Shown: one piece after another, positions 120,291 through 124,000 of the stretch | Layout: the number at the start of each line of letters is the position of its first letter | Numbering within the stretch: position 1 is the first letter of the stretch | DNA from: Wallemia ichthyophaga EXF-994 | Taxonomy: Eukaryota; Fungi; Basidiomycota | Assembly: GCF_000400465.1 (NCBI RefSeq) | Contig: NW_008806280.1 | Location: 144,001 to 268,000, forward strand | DNA: 124,000 bases | Direction of reading: 5' to 3' | Notes under the pieces: generated by a model | The model's database searches: none | What the model was told of the DNA's origin: nothing | What the model saw: only the letters and a program-made list of their open reading frames with translations | Position numbers and translations under genes: made by a program

Positions 120291-121608
120291 ATGCAAAGGT
120301 CTTTAGTACTCAACTCTACCAACAACTTCAAAACAGCGTTCAAGCCCTCCCTCGCTAGCTCCATTAACCTCGTTTTTAACGCTGGAACAAGATTCGAAGA
120401 CACTCAAGGTGTGGCTAACGTTTTAAAGAACTTTGCTTTTAGGGTGAGTTGATTGGTTTATACTAAGGTACACCCTCTAATCCCCCAAAGGACACACAAA
120501 ACCGCTCCAGCCTACGTCAAGTTAGAGAAGCTGAAGCTGCTGGTGGTGTTCTCTACTCTTCCCTTACAAGAGACAATCTCACTCTCTCTGCTGACTTCAT
120601 CCCCGGCCATGAAGACCTTTTCCTCTCTCTTCTCGCTGATGTCGTTAAGTCGACCAAGTTCGCCCCTCATGAATACAAAGAGGTCGTTAAGCCTGCTATC
120701 GATTCTGAAGTAAACGCTGCTCAGCGTAATCCTCTCATTCAAGCCATCGACGCTGCTCACACTATCGCCTTCAGAAGAGGTTTGGGTAACTCTCTCTTCT
120801 CCGCATCCGAGCAACCCGTAGACCTCCAAGACGTCAAAAAGTTCGCCAGTAAAGTCTACTCTGCCGACAACGTCGCCTTTTTAACTACCGGGCAATCTGA
120901 CTTTTCATCCAACTTATCATCCTACTTCAACGACTTAACCGCAACTGGTCAAGTTAGCTCACAACCATCCAAATACTTTGGTGGTGAACAGCGCTATAGC
121001 CTCTCGCACGATGGTCACTCCCACCCATCTGCATTCATCGCCTGGGGCTCAACCTCTCCATCACCTGCTCACAACGTTTTAGCTGAATTGTTGGGTGGTC
121101 AATCTAACATCAAATGGTCGAGAGGTCTTTCACCTTTGTCTGCAATCGAAGAGGGCAATGTTAACGCTCTCAACTTTGATTACTCTGATGCTAACCTCTT
121201 TGGTTTCACTGTCGAATCATCAACCGACCTCAACGTCAAGACTGCTTCACAGAAAGCTGTTGCAGCTCTCAAGGCAGTTGCTCAAAATGGTGTCGAATCC
121301 GCTCAGTTACAACCTGCTATCGCTAAATCTAAATTCAACTACACCCTCTACGCTGACTCAGCTCAAGGATGGAAGCAACTTAACGGCGAAGGTCTCATCA
121401 ACAACAACCTCAAATCACTCGATCAAGTTCTCGGTGAATTCGATGGCGTATCTACTACATCCATTCAACAAGTCAGTCCAGCTTATAAAGTTCCTGACTG
121501 CTTTTCTAATTTTTCCTTTAGGCAGCTGCTCATCTTCTCGACAACAAGGTCACTCTTGTCACTGTCGGTGGTAGAGACGCTCCATACGCCGATGAATTGC
121601 ATCTCTAA
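120291..121608 (+). CDS. QCR2: Cytochrome bc1 core subunit 2
   Basis: FNAGTRFE..GVANVLKNFAF, HTIAFRRGLGN, IKWSRG, PYADEL. Confidence 0.9.
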
Positions 121609-121671
121609 AATTCATGCTATAATTCATGTAAATACACCCTATAAAAATATTTCAATTATTTTAAATACCAA

Positions 121672-124000
121672 CTACTCGTCAAAGAAGTCATCCTCGATTG
121701 TCCTTTCCAATAACTCCCAATCGATATCTTGTTTGTCAAGAACATTATTATACGTCACACTACTCAACGCCCGGTAAAATGGTGATAAATCTCCCATCTG
121801 ACTTATCTTTCTTACGTTGGTCAGTAATGGTTGTCTTTTTTCACTATTGATTTGTAGCTTGAATGATTTTTCAGACGCTCCCATTAATCCTTCTTGTCCA
121901 AACAATCCCGACAACTTATCAATAATACCGTATTGTTTACCATCGCAGCTGGCATCCACAGTATCTGTAATGAATAGTGACTGATATGCTTGGAAATCTT
122001 CATTTTGCAGTAGCAACAGGGTATCCAATAGCTTGCAAGCGCTTAAGAGTAATGGAAGTAGATCTAGATGTTCAGCAGAAGGCGATGTAGTAAATATGTC
122101 AAATAACCTTAGCAATTCTGTATTTACTATTGGCCAAAATGTTGTTAAGTCGTCGCTTTTAAATCGCACTAGCAACACTCTGAGACAGAGATAGATTTCA
122201 GATTGTGATACTGGTGTAATTGCATTGTTGCGCACTACCTCCACCAGCTTTTCTTTCACTAGTGGTAATTGCGATGTGTAACTTTCCGGATTACCTGCGA
122301 ATATTGCGTAGCTAAGTCTGCGCAAGTTGAGAGCTCTTGACAAAGATTCGTATTCCCTATTAGCAAATATATTTGTAGACGGTGCACTAGACACTTTGCT
122401 GACGAGATCTTTAAACTTATCTTTCTCAGCCGACATGAGCGCGTTGACGAGGTACTTCCATTGATGAGTTTTGGAAGCGTTGAAAAACCTGTTGTCATAG
122501 AAGACATCACTAACCAGTCCCTTCCAAGATTTTGAGCAGTGCGGTAAGCGTGTTAAACCCACCAGCACATCCACACTTGCGCTGTGTGGTTGAATCCCAT
122601 TCGTGCCTTTTGAAGTTGATTTCAGTGCAGGAGCGACCACGCAATATGAAATATTCGCAGCAATGCTTTGTAATTTTTCCGTTGAGGATATTAAATTAGG
122701 TAGGTCCACCAATAGCTCATTCGCCATGTACAGATAGATCTTTGAACTGTCACCGTCTAATTTCTCAGCAAGTGAATTGACAGACACGCTATCGCGATCA
122801 GAGTCTTCATTAGTACCGGTAACATTCGCTACATCCAACCCAGCCAACGCTTTCTTGAGCGCCCATGGACCTGTGTCTGAGCCACCGGTGCTGATGAGGA
122901 TGGAGGAATCAATAAATCGATGCAAGATATCCTGCAACAAATGTCAATAGAGTGCTCTAGTTGAAGCGCTGAGCACTTACCTGGTAATCCATCTTGACTT
123001 TCTTTTCGACGATCTCCGTCGTCTCACCATTGAAAATGCGAAGACCGACTATATGAATGCATCTATCTAGCGTTATTGTAGAGTCCATGAAAAAAAACTA
123101 AACTCACCTTAACGTTGGATAAACGCATAGTTTTCGCTGTGCACTAGTCGTAGATACTATCACATCACGCGCAAATGGCTGTAGAGCAACCCAAGATTGC
123201 AAAGCATCCTTAACACTAAGCTCACCAAGATACACCTCCAAGCTCTCAAACAACATTGACGAGCTAATTGCATCACTTTGCCACAACGAGCGTGGCTTTT
123301 CATCCCCAGCAAAACTTCTCATTCCTATGTTCTTGCATATATAATGAACGAGTATTCGAGAGGGGTCTGAAAATAGCTTGAATATTTTTAGCAAAGTCAC
123401 TTTGTTCAATGTTTCTTGATAATACTCCATAGCAAGGTCCAGCATCTCATAAGGTCTTTTTTCAAACAAATTGTGGATGTACCCTTCACATTGCGTAGTC
123501 AGATAGTCGAAAGTTCCACTTTGTTTATTTTTAAGTGTAAAGTATAAACTCGTGAGAAGCTTGAACGATACTCCCATCAACGACATTGTCTGCTCGACGA
123601 TATTAGGACTACCGTGAATCATCGAAGTGTGTAGATCATCTAGATTGATGACCAAGATGGCATTCAACGATGACAACACTGAAGACAAGTTTTTGTGGTC
123701 GCTGAAGGATACGCTCAGGTTGTTCGTGTGTAACATGTCGCTTAATTTGCTATAGATGATGTTTCCCATATCGAGTTTGTGATCACGAATCAACATTGAG
123801 TACTTATCTAAGATCATACTTGTAAAGTTGATCCAGTATTTTAAAAGTGACTGACAGCCTGCATTTGATATAGCGTTGCGGAGCAGTTTGACTACAGTTT
123901 GACCTAACTCGTTACTGCTGTGTACGTTGTTCAAATCGCAATGCTGCAGTGCACATGTAACAAGCTTGATGGCTCTTGGCTGGACATCGAGATTGACTAG
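121672..124000 (-). CDS. DOP1: Dopey/Dop1 C-terminal part (continues beyond window)
   Basis: RALNLRRLSY, EIYLCLRVLL, FWPIVNTEL, ACKLLDTLL. Confidence 0.88.

Overview
Fungal (basidiomycete) nuclear DNA. The extreme gene density, ~30-60 nt introns and protein matches suggest a Wallemia-like compact genome; this is inference, not a database match. About 60 mostly housekeeping genes are packed with very short intergenic gaps. Main oddities: (1) a 6.6 kb gene-free block at 71940-78539 made of two near-identical 2448 bp inverted repeats around a 1704 bp AT-rich core, best read as an inverted-repeat regional centromere with a potentially invertible core; (2) a 135 aa secreted, KR-separated repeat precursor of acidic amphipathic peptides at 69166-69682; (3) a dynein heavy chain gene that starts inside AAA1 (split dynein); (4) a BolA gene missed by the ORF track whose CDS overlaps the TRM61 start codon on the same strand; (5) divergent gene pairs with start codons only 6-80 nt apart; (6) two decayed copies of an unknown gene (~36 kb and ~102 kb); (7) a spliced 62 aa microprotein. 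Gene boundaries were read by eye from GT..AG and branch-point signals and may be off by an exon.
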